Below the pieces are notes generated by a model. It did no database searches and was not told the DNA's origin. It worked only from the letters and a program-made list of their open reading frames with translations. From contig JBJEKD010000047.1 in assembly GCA_051878455.1 (NCBI GenBank), positions 10,993-74,992 of the forward strand: 64,000 bases of DNA. The letters run 5' to 3'. Source of the stretch: Muribaculaceae bacterium. GTDB taxonomy: Bacteria; Bacteroidota; Bacteroidia; Bacteroidales; Muribaculaceae. Below are positions 18,962 to 28,409 of this stretch, piece after piece. Position numbers and translations under genes: made by a program. How positions within the stretch are numbered: position 1 is the first letter of the stretch; each line of letters opens with the position of its first letter.

Positions 18962-20875
18962 TCATTGCTCAACTAAACGAGCCAGTTGCTGAATGTAATC
19001 GTAGAGTTTGGCGTAAAACTTATGATGACGGAGCGTTTCGGCATTGCCAATCACCACCACCTTCATGCGAGCGCGAGTGATTGCCACATTCATGCGCCGC
19101 AAATCATTCAAGAATCCAATCTGCCCATTGTCGTTGCTACGCACAAGGCTGATGAACACCACATCGCGTTCCTGCCCCTGAAATCCATCGATGGTGTCAA
19201 CGGTAAGTTCATGGCGCAGCGGTCGCAACACGGCACTGCGTTTCACTAATTGACGCATGTAACGCACCTGTGCCTTATAGGGCGAAATAAGTCCGAAATC
19301 GATACGCTCGTCAAGTATGCGCTCTTGCCCAATCCGCATAACATATTGTTCCAACTGCGATATGAAAAACTCCGCCTCTTTCACATTCACCTTGCTGCAT
19401 CCCGCGCCCTGCACTTGCTCATCAAATCCAAACTGCGAAGTGTCGACCCATTCCATAGGCGTGTCATAATCCAATATGCCACGCATCTTCACCTCATCGG
19501 CAGCCTTCAAGCCGCCCCCGTAGAACCAGTCGCTCGAAAATTGCATGATGTGCCTGTTCATGCGATATTGCGTGGTGAGCAGCGTAACCGCCTGCTGCCA
19601 ACGGGCTACCACCATCTCCATCATTGTGCGGCCCAGACCGCCGCGCTCGGCTTCATAGCATTTGATGGTAGGAGGCAACTGCAAATGGTCGCCGGCAAGC
19701 ACCACACGGTCGGCTTTACGCACAGCAATCCATGTGGCAGCCTCAAGAGCCTGCCCGGCTTCGTCAACAAAGAGAGTGCCAAAACGTCGGCCAGTGAGCA
19801 GACTGCTGTTGCTGCCCACCAATGTTGCTGCCACAACACGAGCATTGTCGAACAGTTCAACATTGATTTTCACCTCTAATTCTTCGGCGCGGCGGCGCAA
19901 CCGGTTTAGCCGGCTCTGCACCGAACTGCTTTGGCTGTGTTTGCGGCCATCAGCCTGAATCTGACGAATGGTTTTGCGTATGCTCCACAATTCGGGATAA
20001 TCGGGGTGCGCCTCGTATTGACGCTCGTAGCAGTAGCCCAGCATCTGGTCGTTCACCCTCGTTGGGTTGCCTATGCGCAACACCCTCACGCCCCGCTCCA
20101 CAAGTTTCTGGCTAATCCAATCAACTGCCATGTTCGATTGCGCGCAAACCAGCACCTGAGGCTCACGATTGAGCGTCTCGGCAATCGCCTCAACGAGAGT
20201 TGTTGTCTTACCAGTGCCCGGAGGGCCGTGCACAATCATCACATCGCGGCTGCACAGCATATTGTTAACCGCCACCTCTTGGCTGCGATTGAGCCACGGA
20301 AAACGCACCGGATAAATGTCGCGGAAACTAGGCTCCACCTGTCCGATAATCACGTCGCGCAATTCAGCCAAACGGCCGCTGCGTGCCTGCGAAACGTCGT
20401 TCAACGCTTCGAACATGGTGCGATAGGTGGTTTCGTCGAGCGATAATTGCACGCCTAACGTGCCGGGAGCACAATTCTCCATGTCGGTGATAGCCTGCGT
20501 GCCGGCAACTGCCACAACCATACGGTCGGGTTCAACATAGCACACCGTGCCTGTGTAGGATTTATATTTAACACTCATGGTGTTGTCAGCCACAAAAAAC
20601 CTCACCTGGCGACCATATTCAAACTGGTGCTCCTGCTCCAACTGGCTCTCACTGCGATAGAGGTCGACCACCAAACGATTGAGCGAATCGTAACGATTGC
20701 GCCCAACACGCAGCGGATACCAGCACAACCCGCGCTGAACGGTGCGCTCAACACCCCATTGCTCGCTGATGCGCTTATACTCGTCGCGTTCGTGCTCATA
20801 TTCCATCTGAAGCAACTGCCGCTGCTCAACAAAATGTTTAGCCACCGAAGGCTTTATGTGCTCACTCACTGCCAT
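18962..20875 (-). CDS. SF1 DNA/RNA helicase, Upf1/DNA2/IGHMBP2-like AAA domain protein.
   Basis: Walker A HGPPGTGKTTT, plus DEAGQA, GDHLQLPP, and TIDGFQGQERDVV..VAITRAR motifs. The track start at 20914 is a TTG; I trimmed to the ATG of MAVSEHIKP. Confidence 0.85.
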   Translation of the reverse strand: MAVSEHIKPSVAKHFVEQRQLLQMEYEHERDEYKRISEQWGVERTVQRGLCWYPLRVGRNRYDSLNRLVVDLYRSESQLEQEHQFEYGRQVRFFVADNTMSVKYKSYTGTVCYVEPDRMVVAVAGTQAITDMENCAPGTLGVQLSLDETTYRTMFEALNDVSQARSGRLAELRDVIIGQVEPSFRDIYPVRFPWLNRSQEVAVNNMLCSRDVMIVHGPPGTGKTTTLVEAIAETLNREPQVLVCAQSNMAVDWISQKLVERGVRVLRIGNPTRVNDQMLGYCYERQYEAHPDYPELWSIRKTIRQIQADGRKHSQSSSVQSRLNRLRRRAEELEVKINVELFDNARVVAATLVGSNSSLLTGRRFGTLFVDEAGQALEAATWIAVRKADRVVLAGDHLQLPPTIKCYEAERGGLGRTMMEMVVARWQQAVTLLTTQYRMNRHIMQFSSDWFYGGGLKAADEVKMRGILDYDTPMEWVDTSQFGFDEQVQGAGCSKVNVKEAEFFISQLEQYVMRIGQERILDERIDFGLISPYKAQVRYMRQLVKRSAVLRPLRHELTVDTIDGFQGQERDVVFISLVRSNDNGQIGFLNDLRRMNVAITRARMKVVVIGNAETLRHHKFYAKLYDYIQQLARLVEQ

Positions 20876-21021
20876 AACAAAAAAATAGTGTTTTGCGTTG
20901 CTTTTTGCCAACAACGCTGCAAAGGTAACGCAATTTCAACAAACTATAACAAAAACAATCTTTGGCAAAGCAATACAAAAAAATTTCCGTATGAAAATAG
21001 TTGCAATTAAAATAATATTAT

Positions 21022-21029
21022 TACATTTG
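21022..21029 (+). promoter_or_regulatory. -7 box TAcaTTTG for the small ferredoxin gene.
   Basis: tacatttg lies 48 nt upstream of ATG 21077 in an AT-rich spacer. Confidence 0.45.
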
Positions 21030-21076
21030 CAATAACAAAACAACAACAAAATTAATTTTATAATAACTAAAACATT

Positions 21077-21253
21077 ATGGCATACGTAATTAATCCTGAT
21101 TTGTGTGTATCGTGCGGCACTTGTGCTAGTGCTTGCCCAGTTGAAGCAATCTCTGAAGGCGATGCTTCTTATGTTATCGACGCTGACACTTGCTTGAGCT
21201 GCGGCTCTTGCGCTTCTGTTTGCCCAAGCGAAGCAATTGCCGAAGGAGAATAA
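21077..21253 (+). CDS. 2x[4Fe-4S] clostridial-type ferredoxin (58 aa).
   Basis: The ORF is below the track length cut-off. Hand translation gives MAYVINPDLCVSCGTCASACPVEAISEGDASYVIDADTCLSCGSCASVCPSEAIAEGE*, with two CxxCxxCxxxCP motifs. Confidence 0.9.
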   Translation: MAYVINPDLCVSCGTCASACPVEAISEGDASYVIDADTCLSCGSCASVCPSEAIAEGE

Positions 21254-21297
21254 TCACTCCTTAGGGAAAAAAGACATCGATAAATCAGATGGCATAG

Positions 21298-21340
21298 AGA
21301 GCCGATTCCAAGCCTAACTGGCAAGGATTGGCTCTTTTTC
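21298..21340 (+). terminator. Rho-independent terminator after the ferredoxin gene.
   Basis: Stem agagccgattcc / ggattggctct with one G-U pair and one bulge, followed by TTTTT. Confidence 0.6.
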
Positions 21341-21409
21341 ACTTTAAAACCACCCACCTCTCTCATTTCCACAAGCATTGAAAAAACTGTTTCCCCCCGA
21401 CAATTTCCA

Positions 21410-22060
21410 ATGACTGAAACATTCAATTTCCTGCGCGATTTACGCAGCAACAACCGCCGTGATTGGTTTGCCGAACACAAGGCTCAATTCGACATGTTGC
21501 GAAGCCGTTGGCTTGAACAGTTGCAACAATTAATCACTATTATGAGCCAATACGACGACTCACTGCACAATTTGAAAGCCACCGATTGCGCCTACCGCAT
21601 ATATCGCGACATCCGTTTTTCTGACGATAAGACGCCCTACAAGACCTACTTTAGCGCAGTAATCGGCACAAACGGACGAAAATGCACCAAGGCATGCTAT
21701 TATGTTCACATCGAACCCAACGCATCGGGGCTGTATGCCGGGCTGTGGTGCCCCACGCCCGAAGTGCTGCGCCGGACACGCTCGCTTATCGATGCCGACG
21801 GGAACGAACTGGTTGAACTCATCAACAATCCCGAAACAGCCTCGCGCTTTAGTTTCACCCCGTTTCAGTCGCTCAAAAAGGCTCCCGTAGGTTTTAATCC
21901 CAACCATCAATTCATCGACCTGCTACGAGCCAAAGACTACACTTTCAGCCACCCTTGCCCCGACGATTATTTCACATGCGGCAACTGGATGGAGCACGCC
22001 GCCAACGATTATTTTCACATAAAACCTGTGCTCGATTTTTTCAATTATGTGTTTGACTAA
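21410..22060 (+). CDS. DUF2461 (TIGR02453) family protein.
   Basis: 216 aa with FLRDLRSNNRRDWFAEHK and YRIYRDIRFSDDKTPYKTYF signature stretches. Confidence 0.75.
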   Translation: MTETFNFLRDLRSNNRRDWFAEHKAQFDMLRSRWLEQLQQLITIMSQYDDSLHNLKATDCAYRIYRDIRFSDDKTPYKTYFSAVIGTNGRKCTKACYYVHIEPNASGLYAGLWCPTPEVLRRTRSLIDADGNELVELINNPETASRFSFTPFQSLKKAPVGFNPNHQFIDLLRAKDYTFSHPCPDDYFTCGNWMEHAANDYFHIKPVLDFFNYVFD

Positions 22061-22168
22061 CGTAATTACTTGACAGCAAAGCATTTACGCAAATTATAGC
22101 ACAAATTGTCAGCAAATGTGCCAAAGGTTAATCTATTTAAAAAAGATTACCGACTACAAATAATTATG

Positions 22169-22176
22169 TAAATTTG
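22169..22176 (+). promoter_or_regulatory. -7 box TAaaTTTG for the oxidoreductase operon.
   Basis: taaatttg lies 29 nt upstream of ATG 22205. Confidence 0.45.
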
Positions 22177-22204
22177 TACACTATTAAAATAAAATTGTAT
22201 AGTT

Positions 22205-22435
22205 ATGGCTAAAGTAAGAGGTGCAATCAAAGTGAATGAGGAAAGATGCAAAGGATGCGGCATCTGCGTTGCCGCATGCCCATTTAATGTGATTGCCCTG
22301 CAAAAAATAGAAGTTAACAATAAAGGCTATCACTACGTCTTTATGGAAAACGCAGAATTATGCACAGGATGCACCAGTTGCGCCACCGTCTGTCCCGACT
22401 CCTGCATCGAAGTATATCGAACAAAAGAAGATTAG
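22205..22435 (+). CDS. 2-oxoacid:ferredoxin oxidoreductase delta subunit (4Fe-4S dicluster, kor/vor type).
   Basis: 76 aa with two Cys clusters, CKGCGICVAACP and CTGCTSCATVCP. It is the first gene of a four-gene operon. Confidence 0.8.
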   Translation: MAKVRGAIKVNEERCKGCGICVAACPFNVIALQKIEVNNKGYHYVFMENAELCTGCTSCATVCPDSCIEVYRTKED

Positions 22436-22488
22436 TCAGGATATATACGAAACTATCACGAAGGGTCTATTTTTTTTACAGAAATTAT

Positions 22489-23574
22489 ATGAACGACAAA
22501 GTGAAATTGATGAAGGGCAACGAAGCATTGGCAATATCAGCCATACGCTATGGATGCGACGGCTATTTCGGCTATCCCATCACGCCTCAATCAGAAGTGC
22601 TTGAAACTCTCGAAGCCGAAATGCCATGGGAAACCACCGGCATGGTGGTGCTACAAGCCGAGAGCGAATTAGCAGCAATAAATATGGTGTATGGCGGCGC
22701 CGCTTGCGGAAAAGCCGTGTTCACATCCTCGTCGAGCCCAGGTGTAAGCCTTATGCAAGAGGGCATCTCCTATCTGGCAGCATCCGAACTGCCGGCACTG
22801 GTGGTGAACGTGATGCGTGGCGGTCCCGGTCTCGGCACCATTCAGCCATCGCAATCCGACTATTTCCAAGCCACCAAAGGCGGCGGCCACGGCGACTATC
22901 ATTGCATTGTTCTCGCCCCCTGGAGCGTTCAAGAAATGGCTGACTTTGTTTGGTTAGGCTGGGATTTGGCTTTCAAATATCGCAATCCTGCCATGATTCT
23001 TGCCGACGGCGTGGTGGGACAGATGATGGAAAAGGTGGTTATTCCCGAACAACGCCCTCGCCGGACCGAAGACCAAATTCGCCAACAATGCCCTTGGGCG
23101 TTGAACGGCCGTAAAGGAATGAGAAAACAAAACATCGTCACCTCGCTCGAACTCGACTCGCACGAGATGGAGAAAAACAACAAACGCTTTCAGCAGACCT
23201 ATGCCACCATCGAGGCAAACGAGGTGCGCTACGATGCCATCGACTGCGACAACTGCGACTATCTGATTGTGGCTTTCGGCAGTATGGCTCGCGTGAGCCT
23301 CAAGGTGAAAGAACTTGCTGCCGAACAAGGAATTAAAGTGGGACTTCTTCGCCCCATCACTTTGTGGCCATTCCCTTACGAGGCAGTGCGCAACGCCGCT
23401 AAAAACGCCAAAGGAATACTCGTGGTTGAACTGTCGGCAGGACAGATGATTGAAGACGTGAAACTCGCCATTGAGTGCAGCAAACCCGTTGAGCATTATG
23501 GCAGATTTGGCGGCATCGTTCCCACTCCCGAAGAGGTGCTGAATGCTTTTAAGCAAAAATTCATTAAACAATAA
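22489..23574 (+). CDS. 2-oxoacid:ferredoxin oxidoreductase alpha subunit.
   Basis: MNDKVKLMKGNEALAISAIRYGCDGYFGYPITPQSE is the typical alpha-subunit N-terminus. The track ORF starts at 22360 inside the delta gene; I trimmed it to ATG 22489. Confidence 0.85.
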   Translation: MNDKVKLMKGNEALAISAIRYGCDGYFGYPITPQSEVLETLEAEMPWETTGMVVLQAESELAAINMVYGGAACGKAVFTSSSSPGVSLMQEGISYLAASELPALVVNVMRGGPGLGTIQPSQSDYFQATKGGGHGDYHCIVLAPWSVQEMADFVWLGWDLAFKYRNPAMILADGVVGQMMEKVVIPEQRPRRTEDQIRQQCPWALNGRKGMRKQNIVTSLELDSHEMEKNNKRFQQTYATIEANEVRYDAIDCDNCDYLIVAFGSMARVSLKVKELAAEQGIKVGLLRPITLWPFPYEAVRNAAKNAKGILVVELSAGQMIEDVKLAIECSKPVEHYGRFGGIVPTPEEVLNAFKQKFIKQ

Positions 23575-23585
23575 AGGAGGTTGTT

Positions 23586-24347
23586 ATGGAAATAAACGAT
23601 ATTATCAAACCCGAAAACCTCGTCTATAAAAAGCCTGCGTTGCTCAAAGACGTGACAATGCACTATTGTCCGGGATGCAGCCACAGCACCGTGCACAAAA
23701 TTGTGTGCGAAGTAATCGAAGAAATGGGCGCCGCAGAATACGCCATTGGCGTGGCACCGGTGGGATGCGCTGTGTTTGCCTACAATTATATCGACGTCGA
23801 CATGATTGAAGCCGCTCACGGACGCGCTCCGGCTGTGGCTACCGCCATCAAGCGTCTGCAACCCGATAAACTCGTATTCACCTATCAAGGCGACGGCGAC
23901 CTCGCTGCCATTGGCACCTGCGAAGCAATTCACGCAGCCAATCGTGCCGAAAACATCGCTATAATTTTCATCAACAACGCAATCTACGGCATGACCGGCG
24001 GGCAAATGGCTCCTACCACTCTCATTGGGCAGAAAACCGCCACCACGCCTTACGGACGACGCGTCGACCTCAACGGCTACCCGCTTGCCATCGGCAACCT
24101 GATTGCACAACTCGACGGCTCGTGCTATGTGACCCGACAAAGCGTTCACACCCCTGCTGCCGTTAGGAAAACCAAAGCAGCCGTCCGCAAAGCATTCGAA
24201 AACAGCATGGCAGGCAAAGGCACTTCGTTGGTGGAAATTGTGAGCACATGCAATTCCGGTTGGAAACTATCGCCGGTTGAAGCCAACAAATGGATGGAAG
24301 AGAACATGTTTAAGAAATACCCTCTCGGCGACATCAAAAACGTATAA
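23586..24347 (+). CDS. 2-oxoacid:ferredoxin oxidoreductase beta subunit (TPP-binding).
   Basis: 253 aa with CPGCSH near the N-terminus and the GDGD..AIG..NNAIYGMTGGQ TPP-binding motif. Confidence 0.85.
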   Translation: MEINDIIKPENLVYKKPALLKDVTMHYCPGCSHSTVHKIVCEVIEEMGAAEYAIGVAPVGCAVFAYNYIDVDMIEAAHGRAPAVATAIKRLQPDKLVFTYQGDGDLAAIGTCEAIHAANRAENIAIIFINNAIYGMTGGQMAPTTLIGQKTATTPYGRRVDLNGYPLAIGNLIAQLDGSCYVTRQSVHTPAAVRKTKAAVRKAFENSMAGKGTSLVEIVSTCNSGWKLSPVEANKWMEENMFKKYPLGDIKNV

Positions 24348-24353
24348 ACACTT

Positions 24354-24890
24354 ATGAAAGAAGAGATAATCATAGCCGGATTCGGCGGACAAGGCGTGCT
24401 TTCGATGGGTAAAATACTCGCCTACGCAGGTTTGATGGAAGACCGCGAAGTCACCTGGATGCCCAGTTACGGCCCCGAACAACGAGGCGGCACTGCAAAT
24501 GTGACTGTTATTTTGAGCGACGACCTTATTTCTTCGCCCATTCTCAACAGGTTCGACACTGCCATTGTGCTCAACCAGCAGAGCCTCGACAAATTTGAAA
24601 ATGAAGTGAAACCAGGCGGCACTCTCATCTACGACACCTACGGTATTCACCGCCCGCCCGTGCGCACCGACATCAACGTGTTCCGCATTTGCGCAATGGA
24701 GCAATCATTCAAACTTAAAAACAGCAAAACATTCAATATGCTCGTGCTCGGAGCACTCATCAAAGTCCGCCCAATAGTGAAACTCGAAAGCATTATTGCC
24801 GGACTGCGAAAGGCGCTACCCGAACGCCTCCATCACCTACTGCCTCTCAATCAAGAGGCCCTCGAACTCGGAATGACCCTTATCGACTAA
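24354..24890 (+). CDS. 2-oxoacid:ferredoxin oxidoreductase gamma subunit.
   Basis: 178 aa. IIIAGFGGQGVLSMGKILA..SYGPEQRGGTA matches the gamma-subunit pattern. Confidence 0.85.
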   Translation: MKEEIIIAGFGGQGVLSMGKILAYAGLMEDREVTWMPSYGPEQRGGTANVTVILSDDLISSPILNRFDTAIVLNQQSLDKFENEVKPGGTLIYDTYGIHRPPVRTDINVFRICAMEQSFKLKNSKTFNMLVLGALIKVRPIVKLESIIAGLRKALPERLHHLLPLNQEALELGMTLID

Positions 24891-24943
24891 GTGCCACCGG
24901 GTTTAACATTAAGCAAATCTATAAAGATTTCATTGATATTCAG

Positions 24944-24986
24944 GGTGAGATAAATGCTTTTCCACTGCATTTATCTCACCTTTCTT
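24944..24986 (+). terminator. Rho-independent terminator of the oxidoreductase operon.
   Basis: Perfect 14-bp stem ggtgagataaatgc / gcatttatctcacc with a 9-nt loop, followed by TTTCTT. Confidence 0.75.
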
Positions 24987-25098
24987 ACCACCTTGCAAAT
25001 GCCTACGAAATTTCACAAAACCACAAATAATTACACAATTTAACATATTATTCACACTATTAACTATGAAAACTATTCGCGTTTTTAAAGTTTTCTGC

Positions 25099-25106
25099 TA
25101 ACTTTG
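25099..25106 (+). promoter_or_regulatory. -7 box TAacTTTG for the TetR-efflux operon.
   Basis: taactttg lies 39 nt upstream of ATG 25145. Confidence 0.45.
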
Positions 25107-25144
25107 CACAGACAAATTTTTTGGTATAGATTGGGGGATTATTT

Positions 25145-25792
25145 ATGGAACTGAAAACGCGTATTGTTACCACCACATTACAGATGATGATGCAAATGGG
25201 AGTGTCGTCGATGACGATGGATGCCATAGCGCGGTCGTGCGGCATATCAAAGCGCACGCTCTACGAGCAATTCCCCGACAAAATCACTCTCTTGTCAGAA
25301 GCGTTCAAATACGATTTCAAAGCAAAACAAGCCCGTTTAGAAAAAATCTTCAACAATTCGTCGAACCGAATCGAAGCCCTGCTTAGCGTTTATAGCGAGA
25401 TTCGCAAGCAAGTGAGTCACACATCAATAGCACTTGTAAGCGACATCCGCCGCCTCTACCCGTCGCTCTACAGCGAATACGAGGCCGTGCAAAATCAAAA
25501 CAATGCCAGCCTGGTGGAAGTGCTGAAGCAAGGTCGCGACGAAGGGCTTGTGCGCAACGATGCCAACATCGGAATCACCGTGCAACTGTTCACCATGATT
25601 GTGCGAAGCACCGAATTATCGAACCTGGCATATCGCAACGACCTTCCGCTGGTGAAAGTGCTCGACGAGTTATTCATCAACTTTATGCGTTCGATTGCAA
25701 CAATACGAGGCATTGAAATGATTGACGAATTCATAACAAGCATCAACGACAATAATAACATCATAATAAATAAAAACAAAGACAAGCAATGA
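25145..25792 (+). CDS. TetR/AcrR family transcriptional regulator.
   Basis: 215 aa with the N-terminal HTH region GVSSMTMDAIARSCGISKRTLYEQFPDK. Its stop overlaps the start of the next gene (ATGA). Confidence 0.85.
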   Translation: MELKTRIVTTTLQMMMQMGVSSMTMDAIARSCGISKRTLYEQFPDKITLLSEAFKYDFKAKQARLEKIFNNSSNRIEALLSVYSEIRKQVSHTSIALVSDIRRLYPSLYSEYEAVQNQNNASLVEVLKQGRDEGLVRNDANIGITVQLFTMIVRSTELSNLAYRNDLPLVKVLDELFINFMRSIATIRGIEMIDEFITSINDNNNIIINKNKDKQ

Positions 25793-27222
25793 ACTACAAA
25801 TTCAGCATTCTGCTTTTTGGCGTGTTCGCCCTTGCATCGTCATCGCTCAAGGCACAAACCACAGCCGTGAGCGACACCATGATGCTCTCGGTGGACGACT
25901 GCGTGAAAATTGCGCTTAACGAAAACCCGACAATCAAGGTTGCCGACATGGAAATAACCCGCGTCGACTATTCGAAGAAAGAAACTATTGCGCAGTTATT
26001 CCCAAATGTGTCATTCTCTGCAGCCTACAGCCGCACACTGGCCAAGCAAACCATGTATATGAACAACGGCGGTCAAACTATGGCTATCAAAATGGGTCGC
26101 GACAACACTCACAACGTGGGATTTAACGCATCGATGCCAATAATATCGGTGTCGCTGTGGAGGTCGATTAAACTCTCCGACAACCAAATTCTGCAAAACA
26201 TCGAAGCATCACGCACTTCGCGACTCTCTCTCATCAACCAAGTGAAGAACGCCTATTATGCGCTTCTGCTTGCCTACGACTCTCACAAAGTGCTGGTTGA
26301 AAACCACGCTACCGCTAAGGTGAATGCCGACATCTACGAGAAGAAATTCAAAAACGGAACCGCAAGCGAATTCGATGTGCTCCGTTCGAGCGTGGCTGTG
26401 AAAAACATCGAGCCTTCGATAATCGAAGCCGAAAACTCAATTCGCAGCCTCGAACTGCAACTGAAGGTGCTCATGGGAATGGATGTGGCTCAAGGCATCA
26501 AGCCAAACACATCGCTTTCCGACTATAAGGACACAATGTATGCCGACGTGATGGCTATTAGCAACGACCTCAGCCTGAACTCCGATTTGCGTCAACTCGA
26601 CTTGCAAACCGATTTCCTCAAGAAATCAATCGACGTGCAAAAGGCTTCGTGGCTGCCCACCCTGTCTGCCTCAATTGGCTACAACTGGTATTCGATGAGC
26701 GACGGAAGTCCGTTCAAGAACTTTGCATGGAGTCCTAACTCAAGTGTAGGGCTGTCGCTTTCGTGGACATTGTTCAACGGCGGAGGACGATACTACAAGC
26801 AAAAGCAAGCCGAACTTTCTTACAAAGAAATGGCTTGGCAACGCGACAACCTTAGCCGCACGCTCGAGATGCAACGCCAAATTCAACTCGACAACATTCA
26901 AAAGAATGTAAAACAGATTGAAACCTGCACCGCAAGCGTTGATCAAGCAGTTAAAGCCAATCAAATTCAAGAAAAGAGTTTCAAGATTGGTGCTTCAACC
27001 TATCTCGACCTTCGCGATTCGGAAGACGCTCTCATGAGTTCAAAACTGGCTTACTATCAAGCCATCTACAACTATCTTGTGGCAAAGAGCGACCTCGAAC
27101 TGCTTCTTGGAAATGCCGATGTGCAATATCCAACCGACACAAAGGATGCCGCCATACGCACGAAAACAATACTCGACGAAAAGTATTCGAAAGGCGAAAC
27201 CAACACATCTGACAATAAATAA
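25789..27222 (+). CDS. TolC family outer-membrane efflux protein.
   Basis: 477 aa with a signal peptide and two repeated coiled-coil/beta-barrel halves. It sits directly upstream of the MFP and RND genes. Confidence 0.85.
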   Translation: MNYKFSILLFGVFALASSSLKAQTTAVSDTMMLSVDDCVKIALNENPTIKVADMEITRVDYSKKETIAQLFPNVSFSAAYSRTLAKQTMYMNNGGQTMAIKMGRDNTHNVGFNASMPIISVSLWRSIKLSDNQILQNIEASRTSRLSLINQVKNAYYALLLAYDSHKVLVENHATAKVNADIYEKKFKNGTASEFDVLRSSVAVKNIEPSIIEAENSIRSLELQLKVLMGMDVAQGIKPNTSLSDYKDTMYADVMAISNDLSLNSDLRQLDLQTDFLKKSIDVQKASWLPTLSASIGYNWYSMSDGSPFKNFAWSPNSSVGLSLSWTLFNGGGRYYKQKQAELSYKEMAWQRDNLSRTLEMQRQIQLDNIQKNVKQIETCTASVDQAVKANQIQEKSFKIGASTYLDLRDSEDALMSSKLAYYQAIYNYLVAKSDLELLLGNADVQYPTDTKDAAIRTKTILDEKYSKGETNTSDNK

Positions 27223-27252
27223 AAAAACTGTATATCTCTACATCATCAAACT

Positions 27253-28305
27253 ATGAATTCAATCAAGCAAATTCTCAGCATGGCTTGCGCATCACTCTTG
27301 CTTGTGTCATGCACCGGAAAAGAAGATTCTGCAAATAAGCAGGTCGACGAAAAGCCTCTTGTTAAAATCCAAAAAGTTTACGAACAAGATGTTCCTCAAA
27401 TCGCTGAATATACAGCAACAGTGGAAGGCTTCAAAACCAACAACATCTCCACCTCAACACCTAACCGCATCAAGCAAATTCTGGTGGAAGTGGGTTCGCC
27501 AGTGCGTGCCGGTCAGGCACTCGTTATTCTCGACGACGTGAACATTGAACAACAAAAAATTCGCCTTGCCAACCAAAAGGTGAACCTCGACCGCGCTAAA
27601 GAATTGCTCTACATTGGTGGCGGAACACAACAGACCGTCGACCAATTGCAAGCCGAATACGACGCTGCAATGCGTGCTTACAACAATGCAAAAGAAAACA
27701 CCGTGCTCACCGCCCCTATGAGCGGCGTTGTTACTGAAAAGAACAACGACAACGGCGACTATACCAGTGGCTCACCTATCCTTGTGATTGAGCAAATGCA
27801 ACCAGTGAAAGTGATTGTAAGCGTTAACGAAAGCGACTTCCCTCGCATCAAGAAGGGTCAGAAAGTGAATGTTAAAGTTGATGTTTACGGCGACGAACTC
27901 TTCACCGGCACAGTTTATCTGATTCATCCGTCAATCGATTCTACAACTCGCACATTCCAAGTTGAAGTTACACTGCCCAACACCGACAACCGTGTGCGCT
28001 CGGGCATGTTTGCTCGCGTGCTCTTCGACTTTGGAGCAAAGAAAAATGTGGTTGTGCCCGACATGGCTATTGTTAAGCAAACCGGCAGCGGCAACCGCTA
28101 CGTTTACGTTTATAACGACGGCAAAGTGTCGTTCAACAAAGTTGAACTTGGTCAACGCATTGGCGACAGTTACGAACTTATTTCAGGCGTGCCATCGGGC
28201 AGCGACGTTGTAATCAGCGGTCAGTCACGTTTGAGCGACGGCCTTGAAGTAGGCATCACCGGCGACCAAGCCAAAGCACCGGCTAAAACCGACTCGGTGA
28301 AATAA
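27253..28305 (+). CDS. Efflux RND periplasmic adaptor (membrane fusion protein), lipoprotein.
   Basis: 350 aa with lipobox LLVSC, a barrel-sandwich/hairpin pattern (GQALVILDD...LTAPMSGVV), and operon context. Confidence 0.85.
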   Translation: MNSIKQILSMACASLLLVSCTGKEDSANKQVDEKPLVKIQKVYEQDVPQIAEYTATVEGFKTNNISTSTPNRIKQILVEVGSPVRAGQALVILDDVNIEQQKIRLANQKVNLDRAKELLYIGGGTQQTVDQLQAEYDAAMRAYNNAKENTVLTAPMSGVVTEKNNDNGDYTSGSPILVIEQMQPVKVIVSVNESDFPRIKKGQKVNVKVDVYGDELFTGTVYLIHPSIDSTTRTFQVEVTLPNTDNRVRSGMFARVLFDFGAKKNVVVPDMAIVKQTGSGNRYVYVYNDGKVSFNKVELGQRIGDSYELISGVPSGSDVVISGQSRLSDGLEVGITGDQAKAPAKTDSVK

Positions 28306-28409
28306 CACGCCCCCGGAAAAAAAGAGACGGCTGACAGCCTTTCTCACAACTAATCTCTCTTCACACAAGTACAATTTAGTTTAAGAAACAATAGAACAAA
28401 CCACACACA

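Noticed and set aside
21169-21480. 103-aa minus-strand ORF.
   Set aside because: It overlaps both the ferredoxin mini-gene and the DUF2461 start, has no motif, and spans a terminator hairpin.
22360-22488. 43-codon N-terminal extension of the oxidoreductase alpha subunit, overlapping the delta-subunit gene.
   Set aside because: It lies out of frame inside the ferredoxin-like delta gene and is Arg/His-rich. The conserved alpha N-terminus begins at ATG 22489.
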